NCBI RefSeq assembly: GCF_009914755.1 | Contig: NC_060933.1 | Length of the DNA: 64,000 bases | Direction: 5' to 3' (one strand) | Origin: the human T2T-CHM13v2.0 reference genome, Homo sapiens | In this document: in pieces, positions 41,814 through 54,960 of the stretch | How the letters are laid out: the number at the start of each line of letters is the position of its first letter | Numbering within the stretch: position 1 is the first letter of the stretch | Notes under the pieces: model-generated | Databases searched by the model: none | What the model was told of the DNA's origin: nothing | Seen by the model: only the letters and a program-made list of their open reading frames with translations | Made by a program: the position numbers and the translations under genes

Positions 41814-44083
41814 GTAAAATAGGCTGCATTTTTTATTTGAGGTCTCAAAGTTATACTATGTCATAGGCGCCTGGAAGGTCAGTGAGGACTGTGCCTATTT
41901 CCTATTTCATTTCTCTAGCAGATGTGAGCAAAGTTACTTGGTTAATACCTGATAGTTTTCTTTGTATTCCTCTTTATCTTGAAGGTCAGTTTCTTCTATA
42001 AGCAGGAGGTCAATGATGTTCTCTATTCTAATGATTTCCTTCCTATTCATTATTATGCACTTTGTAAGCTTGCAGTAATATAGAATAATAAAAAGTGGCC
42101 CATTAGGTTTTTTCTTATGTAAAGACATTGTATTAAAGACAAATTCTTAAAGGGTAACAACTTTAAAACATCAGCCGTAATTCTATCACTATTTTTATTT
42201 TTGTATATTCTCTTACACATGTATAATATTTTTAATATAATCACAATCATAGTATAGATACCATGTTATATATTTCTTTTTGCTATTAAAATTTCACCCT
42301 TAATAATTATGAATAGTGGTCATAATTACTATTTTAATGGCTACAGGTCATGTTACTAATTTGATACATCAGGCTACAATGTGTCTTCAAAGATTAGACT
42401 TTTTTTACTATTGCTTATAATAATGAAACCATATTTTTATGCATACAGTTTGAAATTCTATTGAATTATTTTCTTGAGGTAAAAGCGTACAATCAGAATG
42501 ACTTAGAATAAGAATGTATGATTATAAGACATTTTCTATAAGTTTTCATAATAATTTCCAAAGGTCTGTACAAAATTATAATGTCACTAGCTCTGAAAAA
42601 AGATGACCATTTCGTAAGAACCATTTTTATTCATTATGACCATTTATATTTTGTTAAAACTTTTTGTGCTGTGTATTTCAGGGTGCTTTTATTAACGATT
42701 CTTTGATAAAATACAAGAAAGAATATTGTCATACAATTTACTCTCTTAATTTTCTTTCTTTTCATATAAATTCCTTCATAATCTTGGCTATACTTCTATT
42801 GGAATCTGCATTTTTGGGATAAATGTTTGAACTATTGCATTCATTATAATACTTAGCATCATTCAATTTTAATTTCATAAAACAAAAGTTGAAAAGTTTC
42901 CATGTTTAAATTTGTAAGGTATGTGTTTTGTGGTTTATTCTGTTATTTCAAAGCTAAAATATTTATTATTTCTCCACATAGCTAATATTTCTTATATTTT
43001 AAGAGTATTTTTAAGCATATCTAACAAATGTTTGATTTTATATGGAGTTCATCATGGTGCATGGTGTTATGGCATAGAATTTACCTTGACAATTTCTCTC
43101 TTATTATTGAGAAATCATCTCAGATAATAGCTATGTAAGTAATGCTTTTGAACTTATGGTTTTGGAATTCTCATTATGTGTTAACCAAAACTTATCTTGG
43201 AAATTGAGTATTTGGAGGTATCTTCATCAGGTAAAAGGTAAAGAACCAAAGCAGATAAATTGGTTGTTTCTTATGATTTTTTTATTTGAGATCTATTACA
43301 AGGTATGTTCAGGAGAAGGCCATACACCCTTTAAGCAATGGTACACTGTTTAGGGGGAAGAGTTTAGTAAACATCTAATTTCATCGTAAGTTGTATTTTC
43401 ATCTATATCCTTGTTCAATTTCTATTCATTATGAGTTTTACAAATTAATACTTGGATAAAATCTTCCTTTAAGTTTTTTTTTTCTGAAAATTTCCTCTTC
43501 TGTGGCTGTTAGTTTTGGCTTCGTGATTTTTATGGAGCTAATTGGCACATTTAGGCTTATCATCCAAGCTTTTTTAAAAACATCTGCTTTTCATAAGTAA
43601 TATTATAGGTATTTTACTTCGTTTAGCATAAATTAGTGCTAAATCTATTTAATTTTTGGTTAATTTTGTACATTAGTCTGCTTATCATGTCTCATTTAGT
43701 CTTTTTGTATTTTTATGATATTTGGTGGCTGCATTATTAATTACATGTTATTATGATTTTTTTAACATTTTTTGTCAGTTTTCAATTGTCGTCTTTGCTA
43801 ATGTTCTTGTTCATTAGAAAATTTAGGCCATAATTACTGTACAAACTACTGTTGGACTGTCATCTTATTTGTTTTCAAATAAAATTAATGAGTTTCCCTT
43901 TTCAAATATGCTTTTGAATAATGCAAATTGTATGTTATTTCTTTCAACTTTTATAAGATTTTTAGTGAGACCATTATTTTAACATTATTTGTGATTAATA
44001 TACTATTTAACACATTTTTTCATTCCGTTATCACCAAGAATCATTTATTGAACCATGATATACCCCACTTATATTTCTTCATG

Positions 44084-44300
44084 TTTTTGGTACTGAATTA
44101 TTTATGGCTTGAAATCTCTTACTCTATTTTCTATTTCTGCTATCTTTTACAAAATAAAAAAGTTAGGATCATGCGGTGGACTTTGGTCATACTTTTTGGT
44201 ACTGAATTATTTATGGTTTGAAATTCCTTACTCTATATTCTATTTCTGCTATCTTTTACAAAATAAAAAGTTAGGATTATGATGTAGACTTTGGTTATAG
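44084..44300. repeat. Tandem duplication, 2 x ~109 bp
   Basis: 'tttttggtactgaattatttatgg...gactttggtcata' occurs at 44084 and 44193 with scattered mismatches. Confidence 0.95.
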
Positions 44301-44394
44301 TTCTCTTTGGACCCTGCATTCTCTTATTTAACATCTCAGTTGCTAGGTTTTAAATATGGGACTAGGAGAGTGGTCAGCCATTATATTTTTTAAT

Positions 44395-44990
44395 ATCTCA
44401 TTCTAAATTTATGTACAGCTTATATAGTGAAAATACAAAGTTCAGTGAGTCCTGACAATATCTGTGTGTAACTAGCACCTTAACAAAGATATAGAACTTT
44501 CCCACTTTCTATCAAATGTTCCTTCTTTCACTTTCCATTTTGTTGCCACCCTGAAGAAGCTAAACACTGTTCTCATTCCTATCAATATGGCTAAACTCGC
44601 CTATTCTAGAACTTTATATAATCAGATTCACACTGTGTGTATTCCTCTGTGCTGGCCTTTTTTTGTTCAATGCTGTGAGATTTATCCATGTTGTATATGT
44701 CGATGGTTTGCTTTATATTTATTGCTTAGTTGCATTCCATTGTTTATCCATTGTTTCTGTTGATGTACTAGGTTTGTTTCTCATTTGGGATTATTTTGAA
44801 TAAAGCTGCTATGGACATTTTAAAACAATTTTTTTGGGCAGGCATGTATTTTTATATATTAAAGTGAAATGACTAGATCAAAAGGTAGGTATATGTTTAA
44901 TTTTGCCTAAGTAGTTGTATGATTTTACATTTCTTGCTTTAATATATGAGTTTCAATTGTCCTACCTTCTTATCAATACTTTAAACTGTG
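44395..44990 (-). mobile_element. Old L1ME-like 3' fragment
   Basis: Reverse L1M motifs 'ttctagaactttatata', 'gagatttatccatgttg', 'gaataaagctgctatggacatt'. Further L1M- debris at ~42200-42700 and 45600-46350. Confidence 0.7.
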
Positions 44991-45148
44991 TTATTTCTGG
45001 TATCTGTTATGGATGCTAGCAAAATTTTTTCCCCTCTTGATCAAGTTCAATACATTTTACCAAACAAAATAGGGAAAGGAGGTCTCTGTTATTTTTACTC
45101 ATTAATCTTCTTAAGTTTCTCATTCCTTTTAACATTAAAAAAACTGAA

Positions 45149-45433
45149 GGCTGGGCGTGGTGGCTCATGCCTGTAATCCCAGCACTTTGGGAGGCCAAGG
45201 CAGGTGGATCATAAAGTCAGGGGGTCGAGATCATCCTGGCTAACATGGTGAAACCCTGTCTCTACTAAAAATACAGAACAAAATTAGCCGGGCGTGGTGG
45301 TGGGCACCTGTAGTCCCAGCTACTTGGGAGGTTGAGGCAGGAGAATGGCGTGAACCCGGGAGGTTGGAGCTTCCAGTGAGCCGAGATTGCGCCACTGCAC
45401 TCCAGCCTGGGTGACAGAGTGACACTCTGTCTC

Positions 45434-45468
<35 letters not shown>

Positions 45469-45470
45469 AA
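45149..45470 (+). mobile_element. AluY-like SINE with (CAA)12 tail
   Basis: Y-type 'catcctggctaaca', 'gagaatggcgtgaacccgggagg', 'gagctt'; TSD aaaaactgaa/aaaaactgta. Confidence 0.93.
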
Positions 45471-45574
45471 ACTGTAGTATAACACACCACAGTGCAAAAC
45501 CATAATTGTACAACAACAACAACGACAACAAAAACTGTAGTATAACACACCACAGTGCAAAACCATAATTGTAC
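45448..45574. repeat. Tandem duplication, 2 x 63 bp (Alu tail + TSD + 3' flank)
   Basis: 'aaaaactgtagtataacacaccacagtgcaaaaccataattgtaca' is repeated identically with period 63. Confidence 0.97.
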
Positions 45575-46470
45575 ACCTCGATTATCATATGTTAAACTCA
45601 TGTAAACAGTAGTATAGAAGCTCCCTCTTGCTACACCTGTACCATCGTGCCCTTTCTTCTTCCCTAAGAGTAAATACTATCCCAACTTCTAACCCTATGA
45701 TTCAGCTTTGACTAATCTTTAATTGCAATGTATTTAACTTATTCAACAAAAGCATCGAGATAAACATAACAGAATCAAAACCAATGATTATGTGTACCTA
45801 TAATTCACTGATTTTAATTGATTTAATTTTGCCTTTATCTGTTCTGCTGATGAACATTTAAGTTGCCACTGTTATGATTAAAACTTCAGTGAACCTTCTT
45901 AGACCTGTCTGTTGAAAGTATGTATTTGAATGTGTGTATACCTATTAACATACTTGTTGGATCGGCATATTTTCCACTTGCTAGATAATAACAAAGAGTT
46001 TTGCAAAAGATTTTAACCAACCTACACTCCAACGGCAGTGTTTGTGAAATCCAATTGCTCTACACCCTCTCGACCACAGAGTATTTTTAGTCATTTTCAT
46101 TTTAGACAGATCAGTAAGGGGATTGTACATATCCTGGTTACTAAATAGTTTGATTACTTTTTCAAATTTTTATGAGTTAATTTGGATATCTTGTTTTAAA
46201 AAATTAAATCTATTGCACATTTCTTTCCAATTTTCAGTATTTTTCTTATTAATGCAAAAGTTATTTATATTTCTCTGAATATGAACACAGGTATTACAAG
46301 TCTCTTTTCCAACAGGGTGACTTGCTTTTTCAGTATCTTGGTAGTGATTTGACCAATATTCCAAAAATTCTCACCCATTATCTCCTAAAAATCATGTCTT
46401 CCCTATTATCTTAATTGTTCTTCTCTTGGATTCCAATTAAAAATTTGGCGGACTTAACTTTTTTTATTCT

Positions 46471-46597
46471 ATGGGTTGGAAAATATTTTCTATAAATGAC
46501 CAGAGAATTTTAGGTTTGTGGGTCACATAGGTGTCTGTCAAAAACAGACCATGGGTCAGTTTTGGCATGTGGGCTAATGTTTGCCTACTGACCCATG
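46471..46597. mobile_element. Internally deleted MER58A-like element
   Basis: 'gggttggaaaatattttctataaatgaccaga...ttttaggtttgtgggtcacata...tttgcc...gacccatg'. Confidence 0.65.
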
Positions 46598-47484
46598 CTC
46601 TATGCTGTTGCTCATCATTCTAAATGGCTAATTTCCATTCTGTCTATTTCATTGTATATATTTTATTTACATATTGCTTCCACTCTGTTTATTTTCAGCT
46701 ATGGCAAATCTTCACGGATGCCATCTATTAATTTTTACATTTTAAAACTTCTATATGTTTTAATTTCTAGAATTTTTGTCTCTTTTTCCAAAAATAATAT
46801 TCAGTTTTAATCTCCTAGTGAATATTAAGCAAGCATAGTTACTGGAAAAGTAGTGGCTGTAACTCTATTATCAGGAGCCTCCATGGGTCTATTTCTGCTA
46901 TCTATATTTGTTCCTAGTTTTTAATTATGTGGTCTGGTTCATTTATATGCTTGAAAATTTGGGGGGTATTGGACAAATATAATTAATGGAAAAATATTAA
47001 ACATGAACTTGTGAGCAAGGATCATATTATTTTTCAATAAAGAGAATCTGGTTCTGGTAGGATTCTAGGGGCATTAGCAATATAAGCTCACTTTGTTCAG
47101 TTTCAAGGATTAAGTTTCAAAATTGGGCTTTTTCATCCCTATAAGGTCTACTCGTAATTTTTCACACTTAACCTAAAATTTGTTGTCCCAAGACATTGGG
47201 CTGTCAATAATGATGCACACCTTCTCAGTTTCTCTTCTAAAATTGCCCTTGGGAAGAAAATGACCCTATCTGTGTCGCTTTTCACATTGGGTGCCCTTTT
47301 ACCCTAGACACTTGGCCCCATAATTCCTGACTCTAGGGTTTGATCTCCACTGCCTTCACACAGAAAAATATTTTATTTTTTTTAGCTTTTTCAGTTGTCC
47401 TTGGTGTGTAGGTTAATTCAAATTATCTTGTCTGTCATTATCAGTAGCAGAAGTCTTCCGTTTCTTTAAAAAAATAATGTCCAT

Positions 47485-49137
47485 TTTTAACAGATGTTAC
47501 ATTTGAGAGCAGTTTGAAGATTACAGAGAAATTAATCAGAAGGTACAGAGATTTCCCATATATCTCCTGCCCCCATATTACACAGCCTCTCCCATTATCC
47601 ACGTCCTAGGCCAAAGTGACACATTTGTTACAAACAGAGAACCTACTTGACACATCATTTTCACCCAAATTCCATAGTAGTTTACATTTGAATTCACTCT
47701 TGTTGCTGTACATTCTATGGATATGAACAAAGTATAATGATATGTATCTACCAATTTAGTATCATAAAGAGTACTTTCACTGTTATAAAAATATTATGTG
47801 TTCTGCCTATTCATCCTTTTCTCCCCTTAACTTCTGGCAACCACTGATCTTTTGATTATCTCTATAGCTGATAATTCTGCTTCTCCCAGAACATGGTACA
47901 GTTAGAATCATACAAGTAGGTAACCTTTTCAGGTTGGCGTCTTTCAGTTAGCAATATGTATTTAAGTTTCTTCCATGTCTTTTCATGTTTTAATAATTTA
48001 TTTTTAGTGCGGAATAATATTCCATTGTCTGAATGTTTCACTGTTTATTTATTCATTTACCTACTGAAGGGTATCTTGGTTGCTTCCAAGTTTTGGCAAT
48101 TACGCATAAAGCTGCTGTAAACATGAATGAGCAGGGTTTTGTGTGAACACAAATTTTTAGATCATTTGGATAAATACCAAGGAGTGTGATTGCTGTATCA
48201 TATGATAAGAATATGTATAATTCTGTAAGAAACCCAAACTGTTTTCCAAAGTGGCTGTACCATTTTGCATTCCCACTAGCAATGAATGAGAGCTCTTGTT
48301 GTTCTACAAGTTTGTCGGCATTTAGTCAGCATTTAGTGTTGTCAGTGTTCTGAACTTTTGCCATTCTAACAGGTGTGAAGTGGTATCCTTTTGCGGTTTT
48401 AATTTTCAGTTCCTTAGTGACATATGATGTCGAACCTCTTTTTAGATGCTTACTTGCCATGTGTATATCTGTTTTGTTGAGGTGTTTGTTCATATCTTTT
48501 GCTTGGTTTTTAATAAGGTTGTTCGTTGATTGTGTATATTAGACAACAGTTCCTTATGATATATGTTGTTTGAAAATATTTCCTCCAAATCTGTGGCTTG
48601 TCTTCTCATTCTCTTGATTGTGTCTTTCGCAGAGCAGAAGTTTTTAATTTAATGAAGTCCAGGTTATAAGTCATTTATTTCAGGGATAAGGGCTGTGTTG
48701 TTGTATTCAAAATGCCATCTTTATATCCAGTGTCTTCTGGGTGTTCTATGTTATTGTCTAGGAGTTATATATTTTGGCATTTTACATTTAGATATATGAT
48801 CCATTTTAAGTTTATTATTGTGATGGTGTAAGTTCCGTGTCTAGATTCATTTTTCTTTTTCTTCTTTTTTTTTGCATGTGGATGGCCTTTAGTTCTAGCG
48901 CCATTTGTTGAAAAGTCTTTTCTTTTCTTCATTGTATTGCATTTACTCTTTTGTCAAAGATCAGTTAACTATTTTGCACTGAACTATTTCTGAGCTTTCT
49001 ATTCTTTTCCATTGATCTATTCATCTATTCTTCCACCAATACCACTGTCTAGATTACTGTAGCTTTAAAGTAAGTCTTGAAGTTGGGTAGTATCAGTCCT
49101 TCAACTTTGTTCATGTCCTTCAATATTATGTTGGCCT
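47485..49137 (-). mobile_element. L1MC-type LINE 3' portion
   Basis: Reverse 3'UTR 'gagagcagtttgaagattacagagaaatt...gtacagagatttcccatata' followed by reverse ORF2 motifs. Confidence 0.9.
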
Positions 49138-49143
49138 AAGTTT

Positions 49144-49205
49144 TTAGGTTGGTGAAAAAGTAATTGCAGTTTTTGCAATAAAAGTAATGGCAAAAACCGC
49201 AATTA
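49144..49205. mobile_element. MADE1 (Hsmar1-derived MITE), right TIR truncated
   Basis: 'ttaggttggtgaaaaagtaattgcagtttttgcaataaaagtaatggcaaaaaccgcaatta' matches the MADE1 palindrome. Confidence 0.92.
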
Positions 49206-49352
49206 ATATTATGTATGTAATAAAAACAAGTTTCCCATTTTCCAGCAACTGTAATATATGCTTTATCTCACTTGAATATTATTTTAAAATATGAGGTAGA
49301 TGTTAAAACCTTTTAAATTAAAGACTCTGGAATTAATACTCATAATTCATAG

Positions 49353-49808
<456 letters not shown>

Positions 49809-49814
49809 ATCCTT

Positions 49815-50390
49815 TTCAATTACCTATTGGTCAGACATTGCTTTAAGCCCTAGGGGGCAGCAGTGAAAAAAAAAATAATTTTTTAGACAGACCTTTTGCA
49901 GCGTGTAGGCAACTGTGGTTTGTGTGGGAGGGTCAGGGTGGGGGAGGATAACACACAAAGGAAATAAATCAGAAAATTAAATGATAGATAGTGTCCTCTA
50001 ATATAACATCTATCTAATATCTAATATAATATCTATCTAATATATTAGATAAGTCCTCTGGAGAAAAACAAAGCAAGATAATAAAAAATACAGCTATGGC
50101 AATTCCAGTTTTAAATATGGTCGTTAGAGAATGCCTCCACAAACTAGATGTCTTTTCAGCGAACACCTAAAAAGGCAAGTAGTTGAGTCGTTCTTATAAC
50201 TGAAGGAAAAGCACTCTAGGTAAAACAAAGAGCAATGAGAATTCCCTAAGGTAGTAGGACAATTGGATTAAGACACAGAAAAAAAATGCTTGTATGACTG
50301 GAACAGAATGAACGAAGATGAGAATAGTAGGAATGAAATCAGTCACAGGAATAATAAGGATATAGATGTTGTACAACATTTTTTAGGCCT
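49815..50390 (-). mobile_element. L2 LINE fragment
   Basis: Reverse L2 motifs 'cagacattgctttaagccctagg...cagcagtgaa' and 'tatgactggaacagaatgaac'. Confidence 0.7.
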
Positions 50391-52059
50391 GGATTCATGA
50401 GACGATTTTTAATGGATCATCTTCATCTACTGGGAATTTTCAAAGCTTCTTATGAGACTTAGTCCCAATTTCAGCAATATTCCATAGTGTTTCTGTTTAT
50501 TCTCCCACTAAGTATTTTAAAACCACACACTGATTCTCTTAATATAACTGTGAGAAATCCTCTCACATTGCTAGGCTCGGCTTGACTCTGCTTGGTTATA
50601 CTGAAACCTCAGCTTATGCAGTTTGACTATGAGTGCATTAACATATTAATATGTTTGTCAGTGTATTGAATAATTGGGATAAAAAGTGTTGACTAAACAT
50701 TTGAGCCTAGTACTTCTAGCTCCTATGTGCCTGAATGTATAGATGGACAGCTTTTAACTTGACCTGTATAAAACACTGAATTTAGGAGCTTGCATGACGT
50801 GTTTACGTACCAGGCTAAGGAAAAAATTGTCAGAGGGTGATATTCATATGTATATTTTCAAGTATATAGCTGCTAAGTGAACATCAATGGTGATGCAAAG
50901 ATCTGTAAAGGCTGACTCCAGTTTATCTTTGGATTTGGAAAGTTGCAAGATATATCACATTTGCCTTAAAATAAAAATCTGGATGACTACAGAAATTACA
51001 GTTGCTTGTAATCTATACGAGAGATGAGAATGAAAGAAAAAAAAAACAGTAATGAACTGAATTACACAAAGTCGTGAACCCTTAACTGGAGTGCAGAGAC
51101 CCACGATAACTTCTCATACCTGATCAAGAAGTAGGAAGAGGAGAAATTTACCATGGTCTGTAGAAATAAGGAACTAGCAGAACCTTTATAAAATATTGTA
51201 TCTGAAGAGACCAGTCATAGCATGAGTCAATATCCACCAGCTTATTCTTTCCCATAGGCTTCCATCTAGTGTAATGTAGTATTTATTATGCTGAAGACTT
51301 GGAGGATACAGGAAAATTTGTGATGTTTTTTTCTGCATATTCAAGTCTTTCTTCAAGAGGAAAGCAGGACCCTCCAATTGCAGAGGCAGGGCAGGAGAGC
51401 TGAAAGAAATTCTCTGAGGTATTCCACGACTTTGCAGCAAGTAAGGTAGCTATCTCCCAAAAGCTTAGAAACCTGGGGTAGGTCTGGAGAGAAAAGAGTA
51501 ATCCCCAGGAACCCCCAAAAAGCTGACAGTTAGGCATCAAAGCAGTTTGAAAAGCTAGAGAGTTGCTCATAAAGCATAAGAGATTACTTGAAACTCAACA
51601 GTCTTAAGCTGCGGACTCCAATTTCTGCTCAAGAAAAAGTTTCATGCTCCCCTCAAATCACCCAAACCTGGCAGTAATCTGTATCCAAAAAAATCTTTCC
51701 ATCAACCCCAGACCCAGCTCCACTATGTATTGACTCAGCAACTTGAATATAGTGTTCTTTTTCTGGAGGAAAACATTTTTGACTTCAGTCTCTATTATTC
51801 CTATTGTGTAATAAATGTTGGAATCTCATAAGTTGCATAAGCGTTTTGGGATGTTTTAAGGGTAAGTCTTTCAGTTTTGGGCTTCTGCGTGTTAAAGTAT
51901 TATTCTCTTTGTCACTTAAATATGGGGTAAAAGAGAGGGCTGTAAGGCTGAATAGGCTCAAGAGGGAAGGAATAATTTTGTCCAATGAACAGAAGTTTGC
52001 ATGTAATTTTATTAAGTGATTGGCATTTATTACAGAATTTTGAAGTTGGAAAATGTAAC

Positions 52060-52810
<751 letters not shown>

Positions 52811-53024
52811 GTGTTGTCCAGTGGAAGGTTTAGAAAGATCTTTTGGTAACTAAGAAAAAAGAAAAAGAGCTCACAAATTAAGGAAGTGATACTGTTAGTG
52901 AAAACGAGAACAGTAGTCAGAGGAAAAAGATACTTTAAGAACTCAACCTTCAGGGCTTTGTGACCAATGATTAGAACTGTGGGAAACACAAAGCTACATA
53001 AGTTTTAATAATTTGTAGTAGTAG

Positions 53025-53369
<345 letters not shown>

Positions 53370-53910
53370 TAATGGCTGCATGAAGCTTCAAATACTCCCT
53401 AATAGCCTTATCATTCTTCTGTTCTTTTATGATCAACGTTATGTAGCAAAAGTTGTGACTCTTTCTATGTGGGATACTTACGAAATACATGTTCATGCAA
53501 CAGGTTTTCTCCCTAACTGCTCCCATGTTGATTGCTTCTTAAAATTGTTGATACGCAGTGTGTGGCCGCTCCTAATGAATTACATTCATTTGGTGGGAAT
53601 ACATTCTTCGGTTAAGCACCATTAGGCATTCCAGGGAGGGAATTTACTCTCTTTCTATTTGAGATTAGACTTCAGCAGTAGATAACTCAATGAGTTTCTC
53701 TCAGAATCTAATACTGTTAATCAACAACCAAAAACAAATACTGTTTCTGCCCTCAGTATAATAGAATTTTAATGATCTGTCTTACGGTATTATTGATGGC
53801 ATCTTGTTTTTATTTTGATATTATATAGTTCAAAAAATTCGTAGTATATAATCTGATAAGCTCCACTACTGTAGGATATTATTTGGATGATTACATTTGA
53901 AGCAGTCATT

Positions 53911-54040
53911 ATATCTATCTATCTATCTATCTATGTATCTATCTATCTTTCTGTAGATATATATACAGATATATGTATCTATATATCTATATATAGATTT
54001 ATATATATATACACACACATATACTTGCATACACACATTC
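53911..54040. repeat. Compound (TCTA)n/(TA)n/(CA)n low-complexity tract
   Basis: Read directly. Confidence 0.9.
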
Positions 54041-54829
54041 ATATTATAAATAATAGGTTGATTGCCATTTTTACTATCTTATTTCTTATATTTCTATTAG
54101 AATTCCCATATATGTACAATCACTATTGGGTGAAATGTGAGTTAATTAGAGAGTTCACTTTACTTAAGAAAGTCAACAAATACCATAGGAGCTCCAGAAT
54201 CTGGCTTTAGTGATGATATAAGTAAAGAAAAGCACATTTCAAAAAGCAAAGAAATGACAGTGCTAATTTACTTGCCCAAATGTTACTGAGAGAACTGTCA
54301 CTTGAATGTCTCTCAGAAATCATAAGGTGGTGAATGACACTCTTTGTCATCAGTATATCCATAGGACAATGATTGTTCTGAAGCAAAATCTTGAATTTCT
54401 TACTCTCTTAACAGGCGGACCTCAGGAAATAATGAATCTTGATAAAAGCATGTAATTTCACACTATTTTAAATTGAGGTTCTATGTCATTTTACTGTGAT
54501 ATATTTCCTGTTGCTCCTTTAAAATGAGTATTTACATTAAAATTATTTCACTTAAATGAATAAAACATTAACAACAATAATGCAGCAAGCACATTTAAAT
54601 GGAGGATCGACATGTAATTAGAAGTGCATCTCAAAGGATTTCCCTTTGTTTTCTGATTGTTGCCCCCTCTGATAGATGATTCATTAATTTCTTGTCACTT
54701 GGAGTAAATAGGTGGTTAGAAAGGTCTAGTAGTAAATAAAAATATTTTTCTACTTTGTTTTCATTTTTCAAAATTCTAACAAGCTTGGGCTGAGATCGAT
54801 GAGAACTGCCCACTGCTAAGGTCAGTGTG

Positions 54830-54960
54830 GTCTAATTAGTTTTGCTACATTGCCACTGTAATTTTAATTGACATGACATTGAGGGGAGGCTCAGAAGGTA
54901 ATCAGCATCTAACAGCCATGATGAGCATTAGTTACACCTACTGACAGATTAATTAGCAAC
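54830..54960. promoter_or_regulatory. Candidate enhancer: homeodomain/TALE motif cluster
   Basis: TAATTA 54833, TAATTG 54865, TGACAT x2, TAATCA 54899, TGACAG-ATTAATTA 54942-54955, all in non-repeat DNA. Confidence 0.35.

Noticed and set aside
45265-45601. Poly-Leu/poly-Val ORFs with duplicated peptide
   Set aside because: These are translations of the (CAA)n Alu tail and the 63-bp duplication.
54203-54295. C/D-box snoRNA-like arrangement (GTGATGA 54210, CTGA 54286)
   Set aside because: The spacing fits, but the terminal stem is poor, C'/D' boxes are unclear and I recognise no rRNA/snRNA antisense element. A snoscan or Rfam search would settle it.
54286-54316. CTGAGAGA/TCTCTCAG 8-bp hairpin as a miRNA precursor
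   Set aside because: The stem is far too short for a pre-miRNA, and such hairpins are expected by chance.
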